DNA from: Bdellovibrionales bacterium
GTDB lineage: Bacteria > Bdellovibrionota > UBA1018 > CAIMNF01
Assembly (NCBI GenBank): GCA_040380025.1
Contig: JBEIJY010000032.1
Span: 1 to 28,468 of the forward strand
Length of the DNA stretch: 28,468 bases
Direction of reading: 5' to 3'
Shown: one piece after another, positions 9,562 to 18,774 of the stretch
Position numbering within the stretch: the stretch's first letter is position 1
Layout: the number at the start of each line of letters is the position of its first letter
Translations under genes and position numbers: made by a program
The notes under the pieces: model-generated
Told to the model about the DNA's origin: nothing
Seen by the model: only the letters and a program-made list of their open reading frames with translations
The model's database searches: none

Positions 9562-9650
9562 GGAGCCCGACTTTACCCGATGAAACAGGTCTTTCCTATC
9601 CCTAAAAAAGACCGTACACTTTTCAGTAACGAACTTCGTTTACCCAGGGG

Positions 9651-12095
9651 GTGGGTGTGGCCAAAAAAGAAATCAGCAAAGAGCTTGTCACCATTGGAAT
9701 CACGGCAGTCGGGATCTTTTTATGGATCGCGATCTTTTCGTATCATTCCCAAGATGCGTCTTTCTTCACCCGTTCGACGGAGCCGTCCTTGAATGCATGC
9801 GGGCAAATTGGAGCGTATCTGGCTTCGGCCCTGCTCCAATTCTTCGGATTCGGGGCGTTTTTGATTCCGGTGGGGTTTTTGTTTGTCGCAACCCACCTGC
9901 ATTCGCGGGAGTCCTTTGCGCGCTCTTTGTCGTCGCTTGCCGGAATCAGTGTTAGTGCCATCGCATTGACGGTGTTTGTGTCGCTTCATTGGCAGGCGTG
10001 GACCTGGAGCGAGACCCGGTTTCTGACCGGAGGGTTTTTCGGAGCCTGGCTTTCGGTGCCGATGGAGCAGTACTTGAATCGCACGGGCGCCTCGATTCTG
10101 TCGTTCGCGGTGTTTCTCTCGGCGCTGGTGGTCTCGACCCCGATCGGGGTTGCGAATTTTCTTTCTCGCGCCATTCGCGGGGCAGGAGTGGTTTCGTATC
10201 GCCTCGGGCGTCTTTTGCTGACGTACCTCGCTTATTGGACGGCGATTCTTTTGAATCAGCTCGCACGATTGATCGGCATTCAGGCGCGCCGGGGATTGGA
10301 CCAGATCCGCGAGCGGGCCGATGCGTATCGCAAGGCCCGTCTCGAGTCGAAGACGGTCGCTCTGGAATTGAAGCCCGTCGAAGCGAAAGAAGAGACTACG
10401 GAGCAGGATGCCGAAGCCCCGGTGGAGACAGCGCCCGAGCCCGAGCCCGAGAAGACCGTGATCTCGGTCGAGGAGCTCCGGAAGCAAAAGGATTTCTTTG
10501 AGGCCGCTCCCGTGATCGAAAAGGCGGCGTCGACCCAGGAATCCTCGAAGCCTCGCTTCAAGATCGATAAAAAGCGCGGCAAGTGGAAGCTCCCCGAGAT
10601 CAATTTTTTACGCAAAGTGACCCGCATCGAAACCGCGATCGACCGGGACCGTCTCGAGAACCGCGCGTCGATCCTGACCGACAAGCTCGGCGAGTTCGGA
10701 ATCGACGGGACCGTGACCGCGATGCGGGTCGGACCCGTGATCACGCTCTATGAATTCAAACCCGGCCCGGGAATCAAGGTCTCTCGGATCGCGGGGCTCG
10801 TGGATGATCTCTCGATGGCGCTCTCGTCGAAATCGGTGCGGATTCTCGCCCCTCTCCCCGGTAAGGCAGTAGTCGGGATCGAGATCCCCTCTGAGAACCG
10901 CGAACAGGTGTTTTTGCGGGAGTTTTTGCAGACCGGAGAGTTCCAGAATCCGCGCTATCAAATTCCGGTGGTGATGGGAAAAGACATCGCCGGTCAGGCG
11001 ATTTTTGCGGATCTCGCAAAAATGCCGCACCTTCTGGTTTCGGGGCAGACTGGTTCCGGTAAATCCGTCTTCATGAACGGGCTGATTTGCTCGCTCCTGT
11101 ATCGCTTCACCCCGGATGAGCTCCGCCTGATCCTAGTTGACCCGAAGTTCATCGAGTTCAGCTTTTATCACGACATTCCGCACTTGCTTCTTCCGGTCGT
11201 GGACGATCCCAAAAACGCCTCAAGCGCACTCAAGTGGGCGGTCCGCGAGATGGAGCGCCGGTACCGGATTCTCGAAGCGGCGGGCGTGAAGAATCTTCAA
11301 GGCTATAACGAAGTGGTCGAGTCGAAGGGCGCCGAGGAGATGGCGGCCCTTCTTCAGGCCGAGGCGCAGCGGCAGGAAGAGGCGGGCACGAGCATCACCG
11401 GCGGCGACTGGATCGAGGCCTTCGAGAAGGACGACTCGGGAAGCCCGGTGATCGGAAAGCTTCCCTACATCGTGATCATCATCGACGAGCTTGCCGACCT
11501 CATGATGACGGTCAAAAAAGACGTCGAAGGGTCGATCGCACGGATCGCGCAAAAAGCGCGGGCGGCGGGCGTGCACCTCGTGATCGCAACCCAGCGGCCT
11601 TCGACCGACGTGATCACGGGGCTGATCAAGGCCAATATGCCGACGCGGGTTTCGTTCTCGCTCTCGTCGCAAATCGATTCCCGCACGATCCTCGATCGTC
11701 CCGGAGCCGAGCGCCTGCTCGGTCAGGGGGACATGCTGTTCATTCCGCCGGGGCAGAGCGATGCCACGCGACTTCAGGGAGCGTTTCTCGACGACCAAGA
11801 GTTGAACACGATCACGGATTTTTTGCGCGACCAAGGAAAGCCGGCCTACCGGAATGAGATTCTGATCGATCCTGAAGAAGAAACTGCCGCAGGAGAGGGC
11901 GAGGGGGCGGAGGATCCTTTGTTCGAGGAGGCGCTCCTGATTGTTCGGAACTCGAAGAGCGCCTCTGCCAGCTTCTTGCAGCGCAGGCTCCAGATCGGAT
12001 ACAATCGGGCAGCCCGCCTGATCGAGCTGATGGAAGCGCGGGGAATCGTGGGACCCGCAGACGGAGCGCGCCCGCGGGAGATTCTGATTCCGTAA
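9651..12095 (+). CDS. ftsK: DNA translocase FtsK
   Basis: N-terminal TM domain (NACGQIGAYLA); GQTGSGKS Walker A; IIIDELADLMM Walker B; ATQRPS; GAERLLGQGDML; gamma domain SFLQRRLQIGYNRAARLIE. Start could be GTG 9651 or 9657. Confidence 0.96.
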   Translation: MGVAKKEISKELVTIGITAVGIFLWIAIFSYHSQDASFFTRSTEPSLNACGQIGAYLASALLQFFGFGAFLIPVGFLFVATHLHSRESFARSLSSLAGISVSAIALTVFVSLHWQAWTWSETRFLTGGFFGAWLSVPMEQYLNRTGASILSFAVFLSALVVSTPIGVANFLSRAIRGAGVVSYRLGRLLLTYLAYWTAILLNQLARLIGIQARRGLDQIRERADAYRKARLESKTVALELKPVEAKEETTEQDAEAPVETAPEPEPEKTVISVEELRKQKDFFEAAPVIEKAASTQESSKPRFKIDKKRGKWKLPEINFLRKVTRIETAIDRDRLENRASILTDKLGEFGIDGTVTAMRVGPVITLYEFKPGPGIKVSRIAGLVDDLSMALSSKSVRILAPLPGKAVVGIEIPSENREQVFLREFLQTGEFQNPRYQIPVVMGKDIAGQAIFADLAKMPHLLVSGQTGSGKSVFMNGLICSLLYRFTPDELRLILVDPKFIEFSFYHDIPHLLLPVVDDPKNASSALKWAVREMERRYRILEAAGVKNLQGYNEVVESKGAEEMAALLQAEAQRQEEAGTSITGGDWIEAFEKDDSGSPVIGKLPYIVIIIDELADLMMTVKKDVEGSIARIAQKARAAGVHLVIATQRPSTDVITGLIKANMPTRVSFSLSSQIDSRTILDRPGAERLLGQGDMLFIPPGQSDATRLQGAFLDDQELNTITDFLRDQGKPAYRNEILIDPEEETAAGEGEGAEDPLFEEALLIVRNSKSASASFLQRRLQIGYNRAARLIELMEARGIVGPADGARPREILIP

Positions 12096-12100
12096 ACGAG

Positions 12101-12394
12101 GTGCCTGTGCGGTTGGTTCTTTTGGGTTTGGTTCTCGCGGTTTCTCTGCCGGTCGTCTCTTTTGCCGAGACAGGAACCGAGGGGGAGTATGAGATTGACT
12201 ACGAAGAAGAGGCGGAAGCCGGAGTCGAAACCGCTCCTGCTCCGAAGGCCCCCGATCGCGGCGAAAAATCAAAAAAGAGCGCCGCCGGAGTGCAGGGATC
12301 GCGTGCCAAAGACCGCTTCGTGCCGATCTTGAAGTCCGAGACCCGGAGCATCTACAAAAAGAACGGAAAGAACTACGATGTGGACACGGATTGA
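12101..12394 (+). CDS. Small secreted hypothetical protein (signal peptide, acidic linker, basic C-terminal part)
   Basis: GTG start 5 nt after ftsK stop; hydrophobic LVLLGLVLAVSLPVVSFA; 3' end overlaps next start (12378). Confidence 0.65.
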   Translation: MPVRLVLLGLVLAVSLPVVSFAETGTEGEYEIDYEEEAEAGVETAPAPKAPDRGEKSKKSAAGVQGSRAKDRFVPILKSETRSIYKKNGKNYDVDTD

Positions 12395-13658
12395 CCGGAA
12401 TTTTGCCGTTCCCCAGGCTGTCCGTTCGGTTCTGAACACCTTGTACGACGGGGGCCACGAAGCCTACCTCGTTGGCGGATGCGTGCGTGATTTTTTGCTC
12501 GGGCGCGACACGATGGACTATGACATCGCGACTAGCGCCCGACCGGAAGAGGTCGAGAAGATGTTCCCGCGCACGGTTGCGGTGGGAAAGGCGTTCGGCG
12601 TGATTCGCGTGGTCGCCGAAGACCAGCGCGAGGTGGAGGTGGCGACATTCCGGAAGGACGGTCCGTATCCGGATCACCGGCGCCCCGCGAGAGTTCAGTT
12701 CGGAGAGGTGATCGAGGACGGGGCCCGCCGGGACTTCACGGTGAATGCACTCTATTTTGACTTGAAAACCAACCGTGTCCTCGATTTTTTCGGCGGCATG
12801 GACGATCTGAAGTCGGAGCTTCTTCGCGCCATCGGAAATCCCGAAGACCGGTTCAAGGAAGATGCCCTTCGATTGCTTCGCGCGGTCCGTTTCGCCTCGC
12901 GCTTCGGCTTCACGATCGAGGAGGCCACCCGGATCGCGATTCTGAAGAAATCCCCCCTGATCCGGAAGGTTTCGATGGAGCGGATTCGCGACGAGCTCGC
13001 AAAGATGATCCTGCATCCGTCCGCGCGGCATGCGGTCGAGGAACTCGACGAACTCGGACTTCTCGAGAACGTCATGCCCGAGATCGCAGTCGCAAAACTC
13101 CAGCAACGAAAAGTCTGGGAGCAGACCCTGCGGGTTCTCTCGGTGCTGGGACGCCACGAAGGCCCCGAACCGCATGCGTTCCACTGGGGGCTCTTTCTTC
13201 TGCCGACTTTGCGGCTGGTGCCGGTCGAGAAGCGCGATGAGGAGGCGAAGAAAATCGCCGCCCGTCTGAGGCTCTCGAAGGAGTGTGCCTTCCAGATGGC
13301 GTATCTTGTACGCGAGACGGCGAAGTTCCGGGATGCGTTTTCGATGAGGGAGTCCACGTTGTTGCGGTGGATGAAAGACGCGAATTTCGAGCTCCTCGTG
13401 CGATTCCATGAGGTCGATGCGGTGTCGTACGACGGGAATCTCGCAGGTTTGGAGTTCGTTCGTTCGATCTATCCGGAAGCCCGGCGTCGGCTGGACATGA
13501 AGCCCCTGATCACCGGAGAAGACTTGGTGAAGCTGGGCCTGAGCCCCGGGCCGAAGTTCACTGAAATCCTCGGATCGATTGAGGATCTCGCTCTCGAGGG
13601 GGCACTCACGACTCCCGAACAGGCGCTCGAGCACGTGCTCACGCACTACGTGAAGTAA
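12378..13658 (+). CDS. cca: Class II tRNA nucleotidyltransferase (CCA-adding enzyme family)
   Basis: VGGCVRD, DYDIAT, EVATFR, flexible loop DGPYPDHRRP, RRDFTVNA, EDALR, SMERI. Confidence 0.9.
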   Translation: MWTRIDRNFAVPQAVRSVLNTLYDGGHEAYLVGGCVRDFLLGRDTMDYDIATSARPEEVEKMFPRTVAVGKAFGVIRVVAEDQREVEVATFRKDGPYPDHRRPARVQFGEVIEDGARRDFTVNALYFDLKTNRVLDFFGGMDDLKSELLRAIGNPEDRFKEDALRLLRAVRFASRFGFTIEEATRIAILKKSPLIRKVSMERIRDELAKMILHPSARHAVEELDELGLLENVMPEIAVAKLQQRKVWEQTLRVLSVLGRHEGPEPHAFHWGLFLLPTLRLVPVEKRDEEAKKIAARLRLSKECAFQMAYLVRETAKFRDAFSMRESTLLRWMKDANFELLVRFHEVDAVSYDGNLAGLEFVRSIYPEARRRLDMKPLITGEDLVKLGLSPGPKFTEILGSIEDLALEGALTTPEQALEHVLTHYVK

Positions 13659-13659
13659 G

Positions 13660-15135
13660 TCACCCGGTTGATTCCGTGATCCGCTTCATCCGCTCCTCGT
13701 CGGGCACCACCACGAGGGTCTTGTTCGAGGTGTACGAGACCTCGGTCTGGTTCTTGATTCTCTTCACGTATTTTCGATAGGTGTAATCGACCTCGGTTTT
13801 TCCGGCGCCGCGACGACCGCTGTGCAGAATGCAAAGGTGGGCGGCATCAAGAAGCGTCTCAAGCGAGGCGGTCCGTTTCGGCGGGAGCAGAATCACCGTG
13901 TGCGCTCCGGGGCGTCCGCGCAGGTGGAGCCAAAGATCATTGCCACGGGCGATCTTGAAGGTGAGCTCGAGATTTTCGGCCTGATTCCGGCCGGTCAGGA
14001 TCGTGAGGCCTTCTTTGGACAGGTATTTTCGTCCGGTGAATCCAGCAATGCCCCGTGCTTTTTCTTTCGGGGATTCGGAAGATTTTTCAGAGCTGATTCC
14101 CAGCACGGCTTCGGCGCGGGTCAGGTCCTCGATCGTCTCGGCGGATTCGAGCGCGGTTCGGACCGAAACGAGCTCCTCTTGTTTTTTTTGGAGCGACTCC
14201 ACCCGTTCCCGCGAATCGGTAAGACGTCTTTTTTTTCGTTTCGCGAGATGAAAAAAATGATCGGCCTGACGGGCGGCAGTGAGTCCGGGACGGGCGGGAG
14301 CGCGAAGGGTGCGGTTGGTTTCGGGGTCGAAGAGCTCGTAATGACCGTCTTTGGGTGTGGGGTTTTCGTGGAACACAGACTGAAGCAAGGCCCCAAGGCG
14401 CGACCAGTCCTGTTCTTCGCCGGTGATGCGGATCTGTTCCTCGAGAGATTTGATTTTGCTCCCGATGGATTTCAGTTCGTGGTGGATCTGCCGGAGCGCC
14501 GCTTGCAATCGAAGCTGCAGGTGTGCGCGTGTTTCGGCCTCCCGCCAGAGCGCACCGTACGAGAAGGGATCTCGAAACCACTCGGGATGGAAGGGGATTC
14601 GTGCGGAGTCGATCGAAGTCTCGCGTGGCGAAGGAGGGGTGTATTCCTCTCGCTGGTCGGTGCTTTGCATTTGCAACAGAGCGCCCGCAAGGAGGAGTAC
14701 GCCGGCGGGACGGGCAGGAATGAGATGCAGGTGGAGCGACAACGGGGCCTGGCCCCGGAAGTCGAGAACGAGAACGCGGTCGCCCTGAATGTTCGAGACA
14801 CCGGTGAGCATGGTTCCCGGAAGGTGCTTCATGAGTCCGAGCTCGAATCCCGATTTGGGCGCGATGGGGTTTGGCTTGAAGGTCTTCGAGCGAAAAAGAA
14901 CCACGCCGCATTCTTGCGGGCGAAGGGAGATCAAGAGCTGGAAGGCCTCTGTGCGGTTTGCGAGCTCGAGCACGAGCGTGCGCTTTAAAAACCGCGCGGG
15001 ATGAAGCGGGTACTCGGGCACGAACACGCGATCGATGCGCGCGCCCCGAAGGGTATCAGAAAGAATCGGGCCCCAGAGGGCGAGATCGCGATGACTTTGG
15101 ACGGGAAATCCGCCTTTTGCTTCAATGATCTTCAT
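13660..15135 (-). CDS. NFACT/RqcH (FbpA-like) ribosome-associated quality control factor
   Basis: NFACT-N GDRVLVLDF, central coiled coil, NFACT-R GRNQAENLELTFKIARGNDLWLHLRGRPGAHTVI and VDYTYRKYVKR. Confidence 0.85.
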   Translation of the reverse strand: MKIIEAKGGFPVQSHRDLALWGPILSDTLRGARIDRVFVPEYPLHPARFLKRTLVLELANRTEAFQLLISLRPQECGVVLFRSKTFKPNPIAPKSGFELGLMKHLPGTMLTGVSNIQGDRVLVLDFRGQAPLSLHLHLIPARPAGVLLLAGALLQMQSTDQREEYTPPSPRETSIDSARIPFHPEWFRDPFSYGALWREAETRAHLQLRLQAALRQIHHELKSIGSKIKSLEEQIRITGEEQDWSRLGALLQSVFHENPTPKDGHYELFDPETNRTLRAPARPGLTAARQADHFFHLAKRKKRRLTDSRERVESLQKKQEELVSVRTALESAETIEDLTRAEAVLGISSEKSSESPKEKARGIAGFTGRKYLSKEGLTILTGRNQAENLELTFKIARGNDLWLHLRGRPGAHTVILLPPKRTASLETLLDAAHLCILHSGRRGAGKTEVDYTYRKYVKRIKNQTEVSYTSNKTLVVVPDEERMKRITESTG

Positions 15136-15143
15136 CTAGGGCG

Positions 15144-15188
15144 AGAATGGGCGCGTCATTTGGCAAAGTCACGAAAAAAAGGTACGAT
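15144..15188. promoter_or_regulatory. Interleaved divergent sigma70-type promoters, both predicting near-leaderless mRNAs
   Basis: Plus: TTGGCA(15160)-17nt-TACGAT(15183)-7nt-ATG 15196. Minus: GTGACT(15172)-17nt-CATTCT(15149)-8nt-ATG 15135. Confidence 0.5.
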
Positions 15189-15195
15189 CCCGCCC

Positions 15196-17044
15196 ATGAT
15201 TCTGAAATACGATTTCGCACCCGGAGCCTCGTCCTGGAGTCCTCCCGCCCTTGATCTTGCGCTCGAGCGCCTGGATTCGGTGGTCGGCGCGGCGGATGCC
15301 CTCATTTTGACCTCGAAGGACTCGTTTTTGTCAGAGTATGTCCCCCTCGAAAACAACCCCCGATACGGAGCCACGCGCTTCACGGGGTCGGTCGGGGATG
15401 CGATTTATTTTACAAAATCCTTCCGTGCGAAGCACCCGGGGCTGAAGCCCGTGATGGTGTTCGTCGACGGGCGGTATCATTTGCAGGTCGATCAAGAGAC
15501 GGATTCTCGATTGGTGGAGGCCGTGAAGATCGAAGTCGAGCCCTCGATCGAGGCCGCGGTTCGAAAGGCGCTTGCGCGATTTTCGGGAATCCGGGTTGCG
15601 ATGGACTTCGAGCGGACTTCGGTTTCTGGTCTGGCTTCTTATCAAAAATCGATCGCGGAACATCAGGGAACCCTGATGCACCTAGGCTCGAGCCCGGTTT
15701 TGGAAGCGCTCGGGCTCCCGGGCTGGAATATCGATCGCACTGTGTTCTCGTTGCCCGAGACGGCCACCGGACGCACGCTTTCGGGGAATGCTCGCGCCCT
15801 CACGCTCGCCCTGCGCGAGAAGGCGGGGCACCTCGATACTCTTCACATCACCGCCACCGCTGACGATGCCGCGTTTCTTTTGAATGCGCGCGGGTACCAT
15901 ACGCCGAACCAGTCTTCGATTCTCGCCTACACCTTCTTGATGAAGAACGAGCTCGTCGTGTTTTTGCCGGCGTGCGCGAAGAATTCGAAGGTGGAGCTCG
16001 ACTCGCGCCAGTGGAGCGAATTCCAAGTGGTCGTGATCCGGGATTCGATCGAAGAGCTGAAAGAGCGCCTGCGCGCCCATTCCGTCAAAGACATTTTCTT
16101 CAACGGATCGGTCATGAATGCTCTTTTGCCCGAGCTCGCAAAAGAGGTGTTTCCCTCGGCGAGGATTCATACGGATTGGAATTGGGTGCTGAAAACCCGC
16201 GCCCGCAAGACCCCCCGAAGAGATGGTTTCGATCCGGAGCGCGTTCCTGAAAAGCTCGCGTGCGATCGCCAAAACCCTTCGCTGGGGCAAATCAGAGAGC
16301 GTGAAGCGCAAGGTCTCCGAAACCGATCTAGCCGCGCATTTGTATGCCTCTTACGCCGAAGAGGGGGCCGTTGCTCTTTCGTTCAAGACCATTTCGGGGG
16401 CTGGAGCGAACAGCGCGATCATTCATTACAGCAATCCGTCGGGCACGGAGTATTTTGATCCGGGCAAGATCGCGCTTCTGGATTCGGGCGCTTATTACGA
16501 CAAAGGGTTTTGCACCGATTGCACTCGCGGGTTTTTCGCGGGCGGAAGTGCAGGCGGTCCTGCGCCCGAATCGTGGCAGAAAGAAATCTACACGGCGACC
16601 CTGCGTGCCGCGATCCAGCCATTTTTGAAGCCGGTCGATGCCGCGCTCTCGGGCAAGGAAGTCGATGCGCTCATTCGCTCGAAGGTGAAGGAAGCGGGGT
16701 ATGATTACCTTCATGGCACGGGGCACGGAATCGGAATCCATGTCCACGAAGAAGGAATCCGGCTTTCGACCCTCTCGACCTATCCGCAATCGGCCTACGC
16801 CTGCGTGAGTGTCGAGCCTGGAATTTACTTGAAGGACCGCGGCGGTGTTCGCGTCGAGAATGTCGCGCTTTTGATTCCCGAGGGGAGCACTCATTATCGG
16901 TACGAGAATGTGGTTTTTGTCGGATATGACTGGGATCTGATCGAGGTGAGTCGTCTTACCGCCGAAGAAAAGTCATACCTGAAGGAGTACGAGGCGAAGT
17001 GCTCCGAATTGGGCACGACCCTGACCCCGTGTCCCTTGGCGTGA
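15196..17044 (+). CDS. Xaa-Pro aminopeptidase (M24B, long form, about 615 aa) interrupted by a +1 frameshift at the C6 run 16211-16216
   Basis: N-part in the frame of ORF 15001 (SEYVP, FTGSVG, DGRY). Catalytic domain in the frame of ORF 16223 with ligands LLDSG, TDCTR, HGTGHGIGIHVHE, VEPG, GVRVEN. Removing one C gives a continuous RARKTPEEMVSIR. Confidence 0.88.
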
Positions 17045-17065
17045 GGAGCATGTGAGGAGCAAGCG

Positions 17066-17344
17066 ATGAGCAATCAAGAACCCAGAAAGATCGATGCGTC
17101 CGAGATCGAGATCCTCGACTCGAGCGGTGAGGTCGTGAAGGAGCGCGAGAAAGCGGCAAGAAAAGCCGCTACCGGGGGCTTCGGGGGGATTCGGGTGATT
17201 CAAGGGGGAGTTTTGCCCTTTTTGCTGCTTCTGCCTTTGGTCATTCCGTTTGCGGTTCTTTTGATGATCGTGATGGCTGTGTTCGCGCTTTTCTTCGGAA
17301 AAGGCGCGATTCGAGTGTTTTCAACCGGAATCCGCCGGCGCTGA
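17066..17344 (+). CDS. Small membrane hypothetical protein
   Basis: GAGGAG Shine-Dalgarno upstream; 92 aa with a long C-terminal hydrophobic stretch. Confidence 0.65.
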   Translation: MSNQEPRKIDASEIEILDSSGEVVKEREKAARKAATGGFGGIRVIQGGVLPFLLLLPLVIPFAVLLMIVMAVFALFFGKGAIRVFSTGIRRR

Positions 17345-17386
17345 TGCGCCCGGCGATGATTTCAGAAAGTTCCAGGAAAAAGTCCC

Positions 17387-18760
17387 ATGCAAGAAGTTTC
17401 CATTCAAAAAATGAAGTCCGTCCGTCTCCGGGCCAAAGAGGAGCGTCGGTTCAAACAAGGGCACCCGTGGGTGTTCTCGAATGAACTGCAGGAATCGCCG
17501 AAGGCCCTCCAAGTCGGCGAAGTGATCGAGCTTTGCGATGCGGGCGGAGTGTTTCTGGCCTACGGGTTTGCGAACCCGCATTCGCTGATCTCGTTTCGGG
17601 AGCTGAGCCGGAACCGCTCCGAGGCGGGGCTTGCCCCGGGGCATGTGGATTCCTCGTTTTTCTTGAAAAAAATCGAGCAGGCCTGGTCGTTCCGGAAGAG
17701 CTGGTTTCCGCTCACCCAGAGCTTTCGGCTGGTGTATGGCGAAGCCGACGGACTTTCGGGATTGATCATCGATCGTTTCGCCGGAAGATCTTCGGTGGTG
17801 TATGTGGTTCAGCCCCACGCCGCCGGAATGGACGCGAACCTGGATTCGATTCTCTCGGCGCTCGGGGAACTTTCGTTCGAGAAGCCCGGCACGAAGCGGT
17901 TCGCGGTGCTGAGGCGGGATGCCTCCTCGCGCGAACGCGAGGGGCTCGCCAAAGAGCCGGTGCGGGTGGTTGCGATTCCGGGCAAAAAAGACGTGGTCGA
18001 AACCGAGCCGTTCCGCGACTTTCGCTTTGTCGTTTCGGGGATCATGGGCTCGGAGCTGGAGCTTTCGTGCGACCTGATCGGGGGCCAGAAAACGGGATTC
18101 TTTTTTGATCAGCTCCAGAACATCCGGCTCCTGGAGACCTTGCTGTTGCGGAAGCTCCGGAACGAGCGGGGAGCGAAGGCTCCGGGGGAGAAGACGTTCC
18201 GGGTACTCGATCTCTGCTCGTATGCCGGGCAGTGGAGCGCGCATCTTTTGCAGACGCTCTCCGAGCGCGAGATGCTTCCCGCGGAGTTCACCTGTGTGGA
18301 CGCATCCGAGCCGGCGCTTGGGTTTGCGAGCCGGAATCTTCTCGCGGTTTCGGAAGCGATGGGGGTCGCGGGCAAGGTGAGGGTGGAACCGGTCAAGGCC
18401 GATGTGCTTCGCGAGATGCCCGGAATCGAGGCGCGGCGCCATGATGTGGTGATTGCCGATCCTCCGGCCTTCATCAAGAACCGCAAGAGCATTCCGCAAG
18501 GAAAGCAAGCGTATGTGCAGCTCTTCGGGACCGCGATCGAAAAGACCGCTCCGGGCGGGCTTGTGGTGTTCTGCTCGTGCTCGCAGTTGCTCTCGCGCGA
18601 GGATTTTTTGGAGGTGATCGCGAAGGCCGGACGGCGCTCGAAGCGCACGGTGCGGTTTTTGGCCGAGGGATCACCCTCGTTTGATCATTTCTCGCGGCCG
18701 GAGTTCGGGGAAGGGCAGTACCTGAAATGCCTGATCGCGCAAGTCGAAGAGCACGAGTAG
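17387..18760 (+). CDS. Class I SAM-dependent rRNA methyltransferase, RlmI (m5C1962)-like with PUA domain
   Basis: GHPWVFSNEL, RLVYGEADGLSGLIIDRF, GQKTGFFFDQ, RVLDLCSYAG, DPPAF, CSCS, YLK. Confidence 0.9.
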   Translation: MQEVSIQKMKSVRLRAKEERRFKQGHPWVFSNELQESPKALQVGEVIELCDAGGVFLAYGFANPHSLISFRELSRNRSEAGLAPGHVDSSFFLKKIEQAWSFRKSWFPLTQSFRLVYGEADGLSGLIIDRFAGRSSVVYVVQPHAAGMDANLDSILSALGELSFEKPGTKRFAVLRRDASSREREGLAKEPVRVVAIPGKKDVVETEPFRDFRFVVSGIMGSELELSCDLIGGQKTGFFFDQLQNIRLLETLLLRKLRNERGAKAPGEKTFRVLDLCSYAGQWSAHLLQTLSEREMLPAEFTCVDASEPALGFASRNLLAVSEAMGVAGKVRVEPVKADVLREMPGIEARRHDVVIADPPAFIKNRKSIPQGKQAYVQLFGTAIEKTAPGGLVVFCSCSQLLSREDFLEVIAKAGRRSKRTVRFLAEGSPSFDHFSRPEFGEGQYLKCLIAQVEEHE

Positions 18761-18774
18761 GACTCCGAGCCGGA

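Noticed and set aside
9626..9643. Imperfect palindrome GTAACGAACTTCGTTTAC upstream of ftsK
   Set aside because: Single instance with no matching known operator; cannot be separated from chance.
11220..13646. 808-aa minus-strand ORF
   Set aside because: Antisense shadow of ftsK and cca; no recognisable domain.
15001..15195. Longer N-terminus of aminopeptidase P from ATG 15001
   Set aside because: Overlaps the NFACT gene head-to-head; promoter spacing favours ATG 15196.
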